Shown here: piece after piece, positions 8,819-18,619 of the stretch
Numbering within the stretch: position 1 is the stretch's first letter
How the letters are laid out: each line of letters begins with the position of its first letter
NCBI GenBank assembly: GCA_963720545.1
Contig: OY970399.1
Coordinates: 1,216,001 to 1,280,000, forward strand
DNA: 64,000 nucleotides
Origin: an uncultured Acidobacteriota bacterium
GTDB taxonomy: Bacteria > Acidobacteriota > Vicinamibacteria > Fen-336
Direction of reading: 5' to 3'
Notes under the pieces: model-generated
Told to the model about the DNA's origin: nothing
What the model saw: the letters and a program-made list of their open reading frames with translations, nothing else
Database searches by the model: none
Translations under genes and position numbers: made by a program

Positions 8819-10494
8819 TTGCGAGCTGCCGGCTGCTGGTAGCGGACCACGCCGCCGACGATCGTGTAGAGCACCGCGGCGTGCAGGATGTCCTTGTCGG
8901 GCACCGCGAGGATGTCCTTCGAGAGGACCGTGAAGTCGGCGCGCTTGTCCACCTCGATCGTGCCCTCGTTCTTCTCCTCGAAGGCGCCGTACGCCGCGTC
9001 GCGCGTATACGAGAGCAGCGCCTCGCGCCGCGTCATCTTCTGGTCGGGGTCGAACCCGCCCGGCGGCAGGCCCTTGTCGCTCATGCGCGTCACCGAGGCG
9101 TAGTAGCTGCGGATCGGGTCCACGTCCTCCACCGGCGCGTCGGTGCCGTTGATGATGCGCGCGCCGCTCTTCAGGAGCTTCTGCCAGACGTACAGGCCCT
9201 CGGTGACGCGCGCCTTGCCCAGGCGGCTCTCGGCCCAGGGCCGGTCGGACGTGCAATGGATGCCCTCCATCGAGGCGATCACGCCGAGCTTGCCGAAGCG
9301 CGGGATGTCCTGCTCGTCGAGGATCTGGGCGTGCTCGATGCGCGGCCGCAGTTCGGCGAGGCGCGGCGATTCGCCCTGCACCTTCTCGTAGATGTCGAGC
9401 ATGGTGCGGTTGGCCTTGTCGCCAATCGCATGGGTGCACGGCTGGAAACCGTGGGTCGCCGCGTAGCGGGTCGCTTCCAGCAGCACTTCTGGCGGTGTCG
9501 TGAAGAAGCCCGAGTTCTTCGGGTCGTCGTCGTAGGGTTCGAGCAGCACCGCGCCGCGCGAGCCCATGGCGCCGTCGGCATAGAGCTTGACCGCGCGGAT
9601 CGCGAGCCAGCCGTCGGGATCGAGTCGCGGTTCGCCGAAGGCGCGCATGGTGTCGAAGCCGCTCAGCATGATGTGGAAGCGCAGCGGCAGCGTGCCCGCC
9701 TTCGCGCGCTCCTCGAGGAGCGCCACGGTGGCGCGCGTCGCGCCGGCGTCATGGAAGCGCGTGATGCCCTTGCGGCTCAGTTCCTCGAAAGCCAGGTCGA
9801 GCGCCTTGTTCTGCTGCTCCATGTCCGGCTCGGGCACCTTGATCAGTTCCATGGCGTTGTCCACGAACACGCCCGTGGCGTCGCCCTTCTGGTCGCGGAT
9901 GATCTCGCCGCCCTCCGGTGATGCGGTTTCCCTGGTGATTCCCGAGAGCTTCATCGCCGCGGCGTTGACCAGCAATGCGTGGCCGTCGGCGCGATCGAGC
10001 ACCACCGGGTTATTCGGCACCGCGGCCGAGAGCGCCGCGTGCGTCGGAAAGTTGCGCACCGAAACGGGCGGCTTGCGGGTCCACTTGCTCTCGTGCCAGC
10101 CGTGGCCCGCGATCCACTGCCCCGGCTTGCGGCCCTTCGCTGCAGCAGCCACGCGCTGCACGATCTGCTGATAGCTCGTGGTGTCCATCAGGTCCACGCC
10201 GAGCCGTACCTCGCCCATGTCCATCAGGTGGCCGTGGCTTTCCTGGAACCCCGGGATCACCGTCGCGCCCTGCAGCTCGATGAGGCGGGTCTGCGGGCCG
10301 ATCCACGACGCGACATCGGCATCGCTCCCCACCACGACGATCCTGCCGCCGCGCACCGCCACGGCGCGGGCATCGGCCTGGCCATCGACGGCGGTGTGCA
10401 CGATGCCGCCGCGCATCACCAGGTCGGCTTGCGGCGTTTGCGCGGCCGCGGCGGTGGTGGCGGCAGCAGCGAGCAGCAGGATCGCGAAGTTCAT
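8815..10494 (-). CDS. Secreted amidohydrolase 3 (YtcJ-like)
   Basis: Signal peptide; PGFQESHGH, DGHALLVN, KLYADGAMGSRGA, THAIGDKAN, RIEHAQ, GTDAPVE. Confidence 0.92.
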   Translation of the reverse strand: MNFAILLLAAAATTAAAAQTPQADLVMRGGIVHTAVDGQADARAVAVRGGRIVVVGSDADVASWIGPQTRLIELQGATVIPGFQESHGHLMDMGEVRLGVDLMDTTSYQQIVQRVAAAAKGRKPGQWIAGHGWHESKWTRKPPVSVRNFPTHAALSAAVPNNPVVLDRADGHALLVNAAAMKLSGITRETASPEGGEIIRDQKGDATGVFVDNAMELIKVPEPDMEQQNKALDLAFEELSRKGITRFHDAGATRATVALLEERAKAGTLPLRFHIMLSGFDTMRAFGEPRLDPDGWLAIRAVKLYADGAMGSRGAVLLEPYDDDPKNSGFFTTPPEVLLEATRYAATHGFQPCTHAIGDKANRTMLDIYEKVQGESPRLAELRPRIEHAQILDEQDIPRFGKLGVIASMEGIHCTSDRPWAESRLGKARVTEGLYVWQKLLKSGARIINGTDAPVEDVDPIRSYYASVTRMSDKGLPPGGFDPDQKMTRREALLSYTRDAAYGAFEEKNEGTIEVDKRADFTVLSKDILAVPDKDILHAAVLYTIVGGVVRYQQPAARK

Positions 10495-10504
10495 GGGGCC
10501 AACT

Positions 10505-11182
10505 CTACGCGAGGTCGCAGTCGCAGAAGACGAAGCCGTCGCGCTCCACCACCTCGCCTGTGGTGATCGCAAGCGGCGCCGCGAACATCGGCCCGTCGTA
10601 GGCGAACGAATGGAACTCGCCGTTCTCGCCGCAGGGATCGACGCTCGCGGGCAGCTCGCCAAGCAGGCTGTGGTCGAACTCGCGGCCGGCGAACGAACGG
10701 TCGAGCCGGCGCGGATCGATGCAGACGAGGCGCGCGCGCAGGCCGCTCTCGATCATCTCCCCGGCAAGCTGCGCGGTCGTCGCCGAATGCCACAGCGGGA
10801 AGAGGGGCTCGATGCCGGTGCCGCGCAGCCGCTCCTCGCGGTAGCGCCGTACGTCCTCGAGAAACAAGTCGCCGAACGCGACATGCGTGCATCCGGAGCG
10901 CACGAAGCCCGCGACCGCCGCGGCCATGAGGCGTTCATACTCTTCATTCGGACACGGCCAGGGCAGCGGCACCACGTGCAGCGGCAGCCCGAGAGCGCGC
11001 GCCTGCGCCTCGAGGAGCGTGCGCCGCACACCGTGCATCGCCACCCGGTCGAAGGCCGCGTTGGTGGTGGTGAGGAGTCCCGCAATGGCATCCTTGCCGT
11101 GCAGGTGCTGCAACACGTGGAGCATCCACGCGGAATCCTTGCCGCTCGACCAGGACACGATGATGCGCGGCGTGCGCTGCAT
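10505..11182 (-). CDS. PP-loop ATP-binding protein (DUF71/diphthine-ammonia ligase-like)
   Basis: SWSSGKDS PP-loop, FGDLFLEDVRRYRE, DPCGENGEFHSF. Alternative start 11206. Confidence 0.88.
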   Translation of the reverse strand: MQRTPRIIVSWSSGKDSAWMLHVLQHLHGKDAIAGLLTTTNAAFDRVAMHGVRRTLLEAQARALGLPLHVVPLPWPCPNEEYERLMAAAVAGFVRSGCTHVAFGDLFLEDVRRYREERLRGTGIEPLFPLWHSATTAQLAGEMIESGLRARLVCIDPRRLDRSFAGREFDHSLLGELPASVDPCGENGEFHSFAYDGPMFAAPLAITTGEVVERDGFVFCDCDLA

Positions 11183-11255
11183 GAGGCTGAAGTCTCTATC
11201 AATCATCAGCTTGCGCGCCAGCGTGAGGTAAGTTGGCCGTCGCCGCAGGCGCTGG

Positions 11256-11289
11256 TGCTATAGTGCCAAACGACCGCAAGATATAGGGG
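11256..11289 (+). promoter_or_regulatory. Putative extended -10 element and NrdR-box-like site upstream of smc
   Basis: TGcTATAGT at 11256-11264; ccgCaAgATaTaGggg at 11274-11289. Confidence 0.4.
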
Positions 11290-11294
11290 TTAGG

Positions 11295-14200
11295 ATGCGT
11301 CTCGAGAAGGTGGAGATCCTGGGGTTCAAGAGCTTCTGCGACAAGCAGGAAGTCTCTTTCCAGGGCGGAGTTACGGGAATCGTCGGGCCGAACGGCTGCG
11401 GCAAGAGCAACATCTCGGACGCGATTTCCTGGGTGCTCGGCGAGCAGAGCGCCAAGAGCCTGCGCGGCGCCTCGATGGAGGACGTGATCTTCGCGGGCAG
11501 CCAGGCGCGCCAACCGCTCGCCATGGCCGAGGTGAGCCTGAGCGTCTCCGGACTCAACGGCAACAGCCCCGACGGCAACCCCGAAGCAACGGTCACCCGC
11601 CGCCTCTACCGCGACGGGACCAGCGAGTACCTGATCAACGGCGAGCTGAGCCGCCTCAAGGACATCCACGAGATCTTCATGGACACCGGCCTCGGCTCGA
11701 AGGCCTACTCCATCATCGAGCAGGGCAAGATCGGCCTCATCCTCTCGAGCAAACCGGCCGACCGCCGCGGCCTCATCGAGGAAGCGGCCGGCATCACCAA
11801 GTACAAGGCGCGCCGCCGGCAGACGCAGCTCAAGCTGGAAGCGGCCGAGCAGAACCTGCTGCGCGTCAACGACATCGTCCACGAGCTCGAGAAGCAGCTC
11901 GACAGCCTGAAGCGCCAGGCGAGCAAGGCGCGCCGGCATCGCGCGCTGCGCGAGGAGATGCAGGGTGTCGAGCGCGTGCTGTTCGGCCGCCGCTTCCTCG
12001 AACTGGGCGGCGCGGCCGCGCACCTCGAGGCGCGGCTCGGCGAAGAAAGCGACCGCGAACGCAGCGCTTCGGTGGCGCTCGAGACGGAAGAAGCGCAGCT
12101 CGGCGCGCGCCGCGCGGGGCTTTACGAGGAAGAAGGCCGGCTCGAAGGACTGCGTGCGTCACTCGGCGAACTCACCGTCGCCCTCAACCGCCACGAGGGC
12201 CACTCACTCCACTGCAAGGAACAGGTCAAGGACTCGGAAGCGCGCGCGGCTGCCGCGCGGACCGAAGGCGCCGAGCTCGAGGCGCGGGTGGCGCCGCTGG
12301 CGCTCGAACTCGACACGCATCGCACCATGGAACAGACGCTGCGCGACGAGGTGGCTGCGACCAGCGCCACCACCGCAGGCGCCGAGACCCTGGTGCGTGA
12401 GCGCGCGGCGGCGGTCTCGCAGCTCACCGTCGAGCAGGACACCGTGCGCGATGCGCAGGTGGGTCTCGTCGAGAAGATCGGCGCGCTGCAGAACGCCGGC
12501 GCTTCGGTGTCGGGCAGCGCGGAACGCGCGGCCGCCGACCTGATGAAGCTGGCCGCGGAAATCGAGGATGCGAGCCGCGAGGGTGCGCGCACCGTGGCTC
12601 TCCTCGCCGACCTCGGCGGCCGCAAGTCGGTGAGCGAAGCGAGCATCGAGGGACTGTGGAGCGAGCACCGCTCCACGGTCGCGCGCTCGTCGGCGCTGCG
12701 CCATGCGGCGGAGGAGGCCGAGTCGCGGATTGCCGTGCTGCGCAGCGAATGGGACGGGCTCGCCGGCCGCAAGGCGTCGCTCCTCGAAATGGTGGCGAGC
12801 CATTCGGCCTTCGACGAGGGGGTGCGCCACCTGCTGGCGAGCCCGGAGGCTCTCGAAGTGCGCGGCGTGGTCGCCGACTTCGTGGAAACCGAGCCCGCGC
12901 ACGAGCGCGCGGTGGAGATCTTCCTCAGCGACTTCCTGCAGGCCGTGCTGGTTCCGGATGCCGCTGCCGCGCGCTCCGCAGTGGAGCAGCTGCGCGATTC
13001 GGGCGCCGGGCGCTGTGCGCTCCTGCCGCTCGCGTCCGTGTCGCCGCAGCACGATGCGGCGGCGCGCCTGCGCGCCGTTGCAACCGAAGAGCCGCGGGTG
13101 CGCGGCCTGCTGGGCGACCTGGTGCGCGTCAACGGTCCCTTCGCCGACGCCATCCGCGCCGCGATGCCCGAGGCGCTGGTGGTCGACACACTCGAGGACG
13201 CGTTCGAGCTGGCGGCACGCCGCGGCGCGCTGCCGATCGTGACGCTCGGCGGCGAGAACCTGCGCGGCGCCGTCGTGGAAGGCGGCCGCCGCGTGCGCGG
13301 CCTGTTGTCGCCGCGCCGCGAGATCAAGGAACTCGAAGAGCACCTCGGCGAACTGGACGTACAGCTGAGCGCGGCGCGCGAGCGCGAGACGGCGCTCGAA
13401 GCGGATGCCGCCGCCGCCGACGGCGAGAGCCGCCGGCTCGAGGCACTGATCCACGACGCCGAGAAGGACCTGGTCGCCCTCGCGCACGACCTGTCGACTG
13501 CCGAGGAAGAGCGCGCCCGCATCGACCGCAAGGCGTCGATCCTCGGCACCGAGCGCAGCCAGGCCGAGAACGAGCGCGGCGCCGCAGCGATGCGGATGGC
13601 CGAGATCCAGTCCGCTCTCGCCACGGCCGACACCGATCGCGCCGCGGGCGCCGCGCGGCTCGCCGACCTTGGCCTGCGCGTGTTCGAGTCGCGCGCAGCC
13701 CTGGAATCGGCGCAGGCGGAGCACGCCGAAGTGCGCAGCCGCCTGGCCGCCCTGCGCGAGCGCGCCGGCGCCGCGGAAGCGACGCAGCAACGGCTCGCAG
13801 CCGAGCACCGCGAGCTGGTCGAGCGCCTTTCGGCCGCAAGGCAGCGCGCGGCCGAGATGGACGAGCGCGGCCTGCAGTTCGGCGCCGACCTGCGCACCAC
13901 CGAGGCGGCGCTCGCCGCGACCCTCCTCGACCGCGATCGCGCTGCGAGGGAGATCGAGGGCGCCGACACCTCGGTGCGCGAAACCCGCGTCGAACTGGAA
14001 GCGCGCGAAGCGGCGCTCAAGGAACGGCGCCGCGAACGCGAGATCCTGCGCGACGCCATCTCGGAGCTGACGGTCGCCAAGGCGCGCAACGACTCGGACC
14101 GCGACCACCTGGCGCGCGAGAGCCACCAGACGCTCGGCCAGACCGCCGCCGAGTGCGCGGCGACACTCACCGACGACGACCGTGCGCTCGAGCTGAGCGA

Positions 14201-14837
14201 CGTCGAGACGCGGCTGGTGGAGATGCGCGACCGCATCGAGAAGATGGGCGCCGTCAACGTGCTGGCCGTGGAACAGTCGCAGGAGCTGGAAGAGCGGCAC
14301 ACGTTCCTGACCGCGCAGCGCCAGGACCTGAACGACTCGATCGACGAGATGAAGCGCGCCATCCGCGGCATCGACAAGACGTCGCGCGAGCGCTTCGAGG
14401 AGGCGTTCCGCGTCATCAACGAGCACTTCGGCACGATCTTCAAGCAGCTGTTCGGTGGCGGCACCGCGGGCCTCAGCCTGCTCGACGAGGACGACATCCT
14501 CGAAAGCGGCATCGACGTGATGGCGCAGCCCCCGGGCAAGCGGCTGCAGAGCGTGATGCTGCTCTCCGGCGGCGAGAAGGCGATGACGGCGATCGCGCTG
14601 CTGTTCGCGATCTTCCAGTACAAGCCTTCGCCCTTCTGCATCCTCGACGAGGTGGACGCGCCGCTCGACGACGCCAACATCGGCCGTTTCGTGCGCATGC
14701 TCGAGAGCCTCAAGGAGCAGACCCAGTTCGTCCTCATCACCCACTCGCGCAAGACCATGGAGATCGCCGACCACCTCTACGGCGTCACCATGGAAGAACC
14801 AGGCGTCAGCAAACTGGTCAGCGTGCGTTTCGCGTAG
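11295..14837 (+). CDS. smc: Chromosome segregation protein SMC
   Basis: GFKSF, Walker A GPNGCGKSN, long coiled coils with hinge, LSGGEK signature, ILDEVDAPLD, ITH. Confidence 0.98.
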   Translation: MRLEKVEILGFKSFCDKQEVSFQGGVTGIVGPNGCGKSNISDAISWVLGEQSAKSLRGASMEDVIFAGSQARQPLAMAEVSLSVSGLNGNSPDGNPEATVTRRLYRDGTSEYLINGELSRLKDIHEIFMDTGLGSKAYSIIEQGKIGLILSSKPADRRGLIEEAAGITKYKARRRQTQLKLEAAEQNLLRVNDIVHELEKQLDSLKRQASKARRHRALREEMQGVERVLFGRRFLELGGAAAHLEARLGEESDRERSASVALETEEAQLGARRAGLYEEEGRLEGLRASLGELTVALNRHEGHSLHCKEQVKDSEARAAAARTEGAELEARVAPLALELDTHRTMEQTLRDEVAATSATTAGAETLVRERAAAVSQLTVEQDTVRDAQVGLVEKIGALQNAGASVSGSAERAAADLMKLAAEIEDASREGARTVALLADLGGRKSVSEASIEGLWSEHRSTVARSSALRHAAEEAESRIAVLRSEWDGLAGRKASLLEMVASHSAFDEGVRHLLASPEALEVRGVVADFVETEPAHERAVEIFLSDFLQAVLVPDAAAARSAVEQLRDSGAGRCALLPLASVSPQHDAAARLRAVATEEPRVRGLLGDLVRVNGPFADAIRAAMPEALVVDTLEDAFELAARRGALPIVTLGGENLRGAVVEGGRRVRGLLSPRREIKELEEHLGELDVQLSAARERETALEADAAAADGESRRLEALIHDAEKDLVALAHDLSTAEEERARIDRKASILGTERSQAENERGAAAMRMAEIQSALATADTDRAAGAARLADLGLRVFESRAALESAQAEHAEVRSRLAALRERAGAAEATQQRLAAEHRELVERLSAARQRAAEMDERGLQFGADLRTTEAALAATLLDRDRAAREIEGADTSVRETRVELEAREAALKERRREREILRDAISELTVAKARNDSDRDHLARESHQTLGQTAAECAATLTDDDRALELSDVETRLVEMRDRIEKMGAVNVLAVEQSQELEERHTFLTAQRQDLNDSIDEMKRAIRGIDKTSRERFEEAFRVINEHFGTIFKQLFGGGTAGLSLLDEDDILESGIDVMAQPPGKRLQSVMLLSGGEKAMTAIALLFAIFQYKPSPFCILDEVDAPLDDANIGRFVRMLESLKEQTQFVLITHSRKTMEIADHLYGVTMEEPGVSKLVSVRFA

Positions 14838-14917
14838 ATCGACGGTCGAATCGGCCTACGCGCGGTGCGCGCGTCGAACTTGGTCGAGTCGGTAGCGGAG
14901 AATCCTGCGGCAGCGGC

Positions 14918-16384
14918 TCAGTTGCGCGGCGTGTCGATCCAGAGATGGGCGGCGTCGAACCACGTTTCACCGCCCTGGTTGTCGTACAGCAAGCGAACGC
15001 TCATACGCGAGAAGGGCTTGTCGGCCACCACGCGGACGGCCCTCCGCTCCCAGTCATGGGTGCCGCTGGTGAACGGCCTATGCCACGTACGCTGGGTGCC
15101 ATCGTCGTAGTAGATGCGAAACACCAGCGCGTACGGGCCGCCGGTCGCCGTGGCATCCACCGACTTGCTGAACGCTTCGGCGTGGACCACGCTGCCGGCA
15201 GGCCCGGCGACCGCCACCTCCTGGCGGAGGCTCTTGCCGGCCCCGGGCGCGCCGGTGATATGGAACGACTGTCGGTCGTCGTATGCATCGGACGAGCGGC
15301 CATCGGCCGGTCCAGCGATGCCGCGCTTGGTCCAGGCGGCCGGCAGATTGCGGTTTGTGCCGGACCGCTCCTCGAACGACCCGTTCAGGAGGGACTCATT
15401 CTCCAGGAAAATGCCGATTGTGCCGTACGAGGGGTAGGACACATAGACCCGGCCGCGCCGACTATCGACGCTGATCGGTCGATAGGTGTGCTCGGGGACG
15501 TAGCCACCAATCGCTCGCACGAGCTGCAGCGAATCCGCATCGATGACAAGCAGGCCCGCCTTGGGCCCGCGCGGCTCACCGTAACCCCCATCCGTAAAGA
15601 GCCTGCGCGTCGTGCTATCCAGGTCGATGTACCCCGTACAACACTGGGCTACCCCAAGAGAGTTCTTGTTGATCCTGCCAAGCACAGTGCTGCTGTTGGC
15701 GTCGATCACCGTGATGACTGCATTGCCGCCGACGAAGACGCGCTGAGTCGCGGTGTCAATGCTGATTGCGAAGACGTACGTATGGAGGGGAACGCTGTCC
15801 ACGAAGGCCGCTATCGTCGTGTCGATCACGCCAAGCGTGCCATCACGAAGACCAACGTAGAGTCGGTTCCGAGCGGGATCGACCGCCAGTGCCGTGGGCT
15901 CCTGTGGGAAAGAAATCGTGCCCACGACAGTTGCGGTACTGATATCGACGACATCTATGCCGTTACCGACCCCGACGCAGCAATCCCGAGCGACGTACAG
16001 CCGCTGCGTCACCCCGTCGAGCGCGAGTGCACTTACGCTCGATTCGCCGGAGAGCGGAATGTTGCCGACGACTGTGTTGGAGGCTCCATCGATGATCGAC
16101 AGCCCCCCGATTTCGGGGCGCTCCAGGGCGGCATAGATGCGGTTGTTTGCCTCGCCGACGGCGACCACGGCCTGAGTGTCAAGGTCGCCAGAAATTTCAG
16201 CGACGACCGTGTCCGTGACGCCGTCGACGACGCTCACGCGGCCGTAACCGGGCGCGTACACACGCCCTGTCCTTGTGTTGACTGCAGTGGGCCCTGCCCC
16301 CACCGCGACAACCGCGGCTGAGAGAGTCGCCGGTATCAATGCTGCGGTGCCGAAGCTGACGGACTGGCGGAAGATTCGTCCCAT
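14918..16384 (-). CDS. Secreted YncE/YVTN-type beta-propeller with C-terminal carbohydrate-binding-like domain
   Basis: Repeats AVNTRTGRVY, AVGEANNRIY, AVDPARNRLY; C-terminal LLNGSFE...GTHDWER...WFD jelly-roll. Confidence 0.75.
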   Translation of the reverse strand: MGRIFRQSVSFGTAALIPATLSAAVVAVGAGPTAVNTRTGRVYAPGYGRVSVVDGVTDTVVAEISGDLDTQAVVAVGEANNRIYAALERPEIGGLSIIDGASNTVVGNIPLSGESSVSALALDGVTQRLYVARDCCVGVGNGIDVVDISTATVVGTISFPQEPTALAVDPARNRLYVGLRDGTLGVIDTTIAAFVDSVPLHTYVFAISIDTATQRVFVGGNAVITVIDANSSTVLGRINKNSLGVAQCCTGYIDLDSTTRRLFTDGGYGEPRGPKAGLLVIDADSLQLVRAIGGYVPEHTYRPISVDSRRGRVYVSYPSYGTIGIFLENESLLNGSFEERSGTNRNLPAAWTKRGIAGPADGRSSDAYDDRQSFHITGAPGAGKSLRQEVAVAGPAGSVVHAEAFSKSVDATATGGPYALVFRIYYDDGTQRTWHRPFTSGTHDWERRAVRVVADKPFSRMSVRLLYDNQGGETWFDAAHLWIDTPRN

Positions 16385-16558
16385 CCTCTACCTCTTTCTG
16401 CGCGTAACACATCGACGCGGATCGGCAGCCTCAATTGGCGTGCTTAGGTCGTCGCTAACGTCCTTGGCTGCGGCCGGCGACCATCCGCCCTCAGCAGGTC
16501 GTCAGGCCGGTTTGCCACGCATACTCGCACAATCCGTCGATGACGTAGCATTCCTCGA

Positions 16559-18124
16559 ATGCCACTGGCGGACGCTTCCGACAGCGACGGCCTGTTCCCC
16601 TGGACCGCGCTCGACGGCTATGCCGAGGACGAGACCCTTTGGGCTGAGCTGCCGCTCGAGACACTCGTACGGCTCGCGTGCGTGCCGGTGGCGCGGGCCG
16701 AAGACGGGGAGCGGTTGGTGCTCGCGTTCGCGGCGCCGCTGGAGCCGGCGCGGGTCGATGAAGCCGAGTTCTTCCTGGCGCGGCCGATCGAGGCACTTGC
16801 GGCGCCCGCCGAGCTCGTGCAGCAGATCCTGCGCCGCCATCGCAGCGGCGAGATGATGCTCGACCAGGCCACCGAGCACCTCAAGCTGCAGCTGGTGGCC
16901 GAGGACGACGCCGTCGGCCTCGACGTGCACACCCTGCCGGCGGAGAGCCCGATCGTGCGCCTCGTGGACACGCTGGTGGTCGGCGCCATCGACCGGCGCG
17001 CGTCCGACATCCACATCGAGTCGAAGGACCGCGAGGTGCTGGCGAAGTACCGCATCGACGGGGTCCTCTACCCCGCGGTCGAGCCGCTCGACAAGCGCCA
17101 CCAGGAAACGATCATCAGCCGCATCAAGGTGATGGCCGAGCTCGACATCGCGGAGAAGCGCGTGCCGCAGGACGGCCGCTTCCGCCTGCGCGTCAAGGGG
17201 CGCACCATCGACTTCCGCGTCTCGATCATGCCGTCGATCCACGGCGAGGACGCCGTGATCCGCGTGCTCGACAAGGAATCGCTGAACGCCGCCTTCCGCA
17301 GCCTGCGCCTCGACGTGCTCGGCTTCTCACCGCCCGACCTGCGCAAGCTGCGCAAGTACGCGACCGAACCGTACGGCATGCTGCTGGTCACCGGTCCCAC
17401 CGGCAGCGGCAAGACCACCACCCTGTACGCGGCGCTCTCCGAGATCGCCTCGCCCGAGGAGAAGATCGTCACCATCGAGGACCCGGTCGAGTACCAGATC
17501 CCGGGCATCACCCAGGTGCCGGTGAACGAGAAGAAGGGCCTGACGTTCGCGCGCGGGCTGCGTTCGATCCTGCGCCACGATCCCGACAAGATCATGGTCG
17601 GCGAGGTGCGCGACTCCGAGACCGCCGAGATCGCGGTGCAATCGGCGCTCACCGGCCACCTGGTCTTCACCACCGTGCACGCCAACAACGTCTTCGACGT
17701 CATCGGCCGCTTCACGCACATGGGCGTCGAGCCCTATAACTTCGTCTCGGCCCTGAACGGCATCGTGGCACAGAGGCTGGTGCGCGTGTTGTGCGGCAAG
17801 TGCCAGAAGCCGGCGCGTTACGACGAGGCCTATCTCGTGGAATCCGGCCTCGACCCGTCGTCCCCGCAAATCGCCGAACTTCGCGAAGGCGACGGCTGCG
17901 AAGCCTGCGACGGCACCGGCTTCATCGGCCGCACGGCGGTGGCCGAAGTGCTCGACATGTCCGACCGCGTCCGCCAGCTCATCGTCGAGCGCCGGCCGGT
18001 GCCCGACCTGCGCGCCGCAGCGCGCGAGGAGGGTATGCGCTCGCTGCGCGAGGCCGCGCTCGAGAAAGTGTTCGCGGGCCTCACCACGCTGCGCGAGATC
18101 AACAAGGTCACGTTCTCCGCCTGA
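16559..18124 (+). CDS. GspE/PilB-family secretion or pilus ATPase
   Basis: ASDIHIE, LDIAEKRVPQDGRF, GPTGSGKTTT, TIEDPVEY, LRHDPDKIMVGEVRD, CxxC..CxxC zinc motif. Confidence 0.95.
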   Translation: MPLADASDSDGLFPWTALDGYAEDETLWAELPLETLVRLACVPVARAEDGERLVLAFAAPLEPARVDEAEFFLARPIEALAAPAELVQQILRRHRSGEMMLDQATEHLKLQLVAEDDAVGLDVHTLPAESPIVRLVDTLVVGAIDRRASDIHIESKDREVLAKYRIDGVLYPAVEPLDKRHQETIISRIKVMAELDIAEKRVPQDGRFRLRVKGRTIDFRVSIMPSIHGEDAVIRVLDKESLNAAFRSLRLDVLGFSPPDLRKLRKYATEPYGMLLVTGPTGSGKTTTLYAALSEIASPEEKIVTIEDPVEYQIPGITQVPVNEKKGLTFARGLRSILRHDPDKIMVGEVRDSETAEIAVQSALTGHLVFTTVHANNVFDVIGRFTHMGVEPYNFVSALNGIVAQRLVRVLCGKCQKPARYDEAYLVESGLDPSSPQIAELREGDGCEACDGTGFIGRTAVAEVLDMSDRVRQLIVERRPVPDLRAAAREEGMRSLREAALEKVFAGLTTLREINKVTFSA

Positions 18125-18159
18125 CGCGGCGGGACCAGCATCATGAGAAGGCGCCCGAG

Positions 18160-18609
18160 ATGAGCGACACGCAGGCGCGGTTCGAGAACCCGCCGGATGC
18201 GGAGATCAAGGCGCTGCTCGAGGGCGCGCGCCGCATCGCGGTGGTCGGGCTCTCGCCGAAGCCGAACCGCGACTCGCACCGCGTCGCCGCGTACATGCAA
18301 AGCCGCGGCTACGAGATCGTGCCGGTGTACCCGCGCGAGGACCAGATCCTCGGCGCGCAGGTTTACCGCCGCGTCGCGGACGTGCCGGGCCCGATCGACA
18401 TCGTCGACGTGTTCCGCCGCAGCGAGGAGCTGCCCGCGGCGATCGACGACATCCTCACAAGCCCCGCGCGCGCCATCTGGCTGCAGCTCGACTGCATCGA
18501 CGTCGCCGGCGCGCTGCGCGCCCGCGGCCGCGGCCTGCGCGTCGTCATGGACCGCTGCCTGATGGTGGATCACGCCCGGCTCCTCGGCCAGTCGTGGACC
18601 ACGGCCTGA
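18160..18609 (+). CDS. CoA-binding protein (YccU-like)
   Basis: IAVVGLSPKPNRDSHRVAAYM, IDIVDVFRRS, IWLQL, VVMDRC. Confidence 0.9.
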   Translation: MSDTQARFENPPDAEIKALLEGARRIAVVGLSPKPNRDSHRVAAYMQSRGYEIVPVYPREDQILGAQVYRRVADVPGPIDIVDVFRRSEELPAAIDDILTSPARAIWLQLDCIDVAGALRARGRGLRVVMDRCLMVDHARLLGQSWTTA

Positions 18610-18619
18610 GCTCAGCGGC

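Noticed and set aside
10505..11182. Bacterial diphthamide pathway
   Set aside because: Only a DUF71-type PP-loop protein, which is widespread in bacteria; no dph1/2/5 genes nearby.
11295..14837. SMC as a Wadjet/MksB-type defence component
   Set aside because: Canonical housekeeping SMC with hinge; no jetABD-like neighbours.
12122..16321. Very long alternative-frame ORFs (878, 856 and 1221 aa) and similar ORFs across the window
   Set aside because: Shadow ORFs expected at high GC; Arg/Ala/Pro-rich, lacking motifs and overlapping well-supported genes.
16559..18124. Complete type II secretion or type IV pilus locus
   Set aside because: Only the ATPase is present; no pilin, platform or secretin genes in the window.
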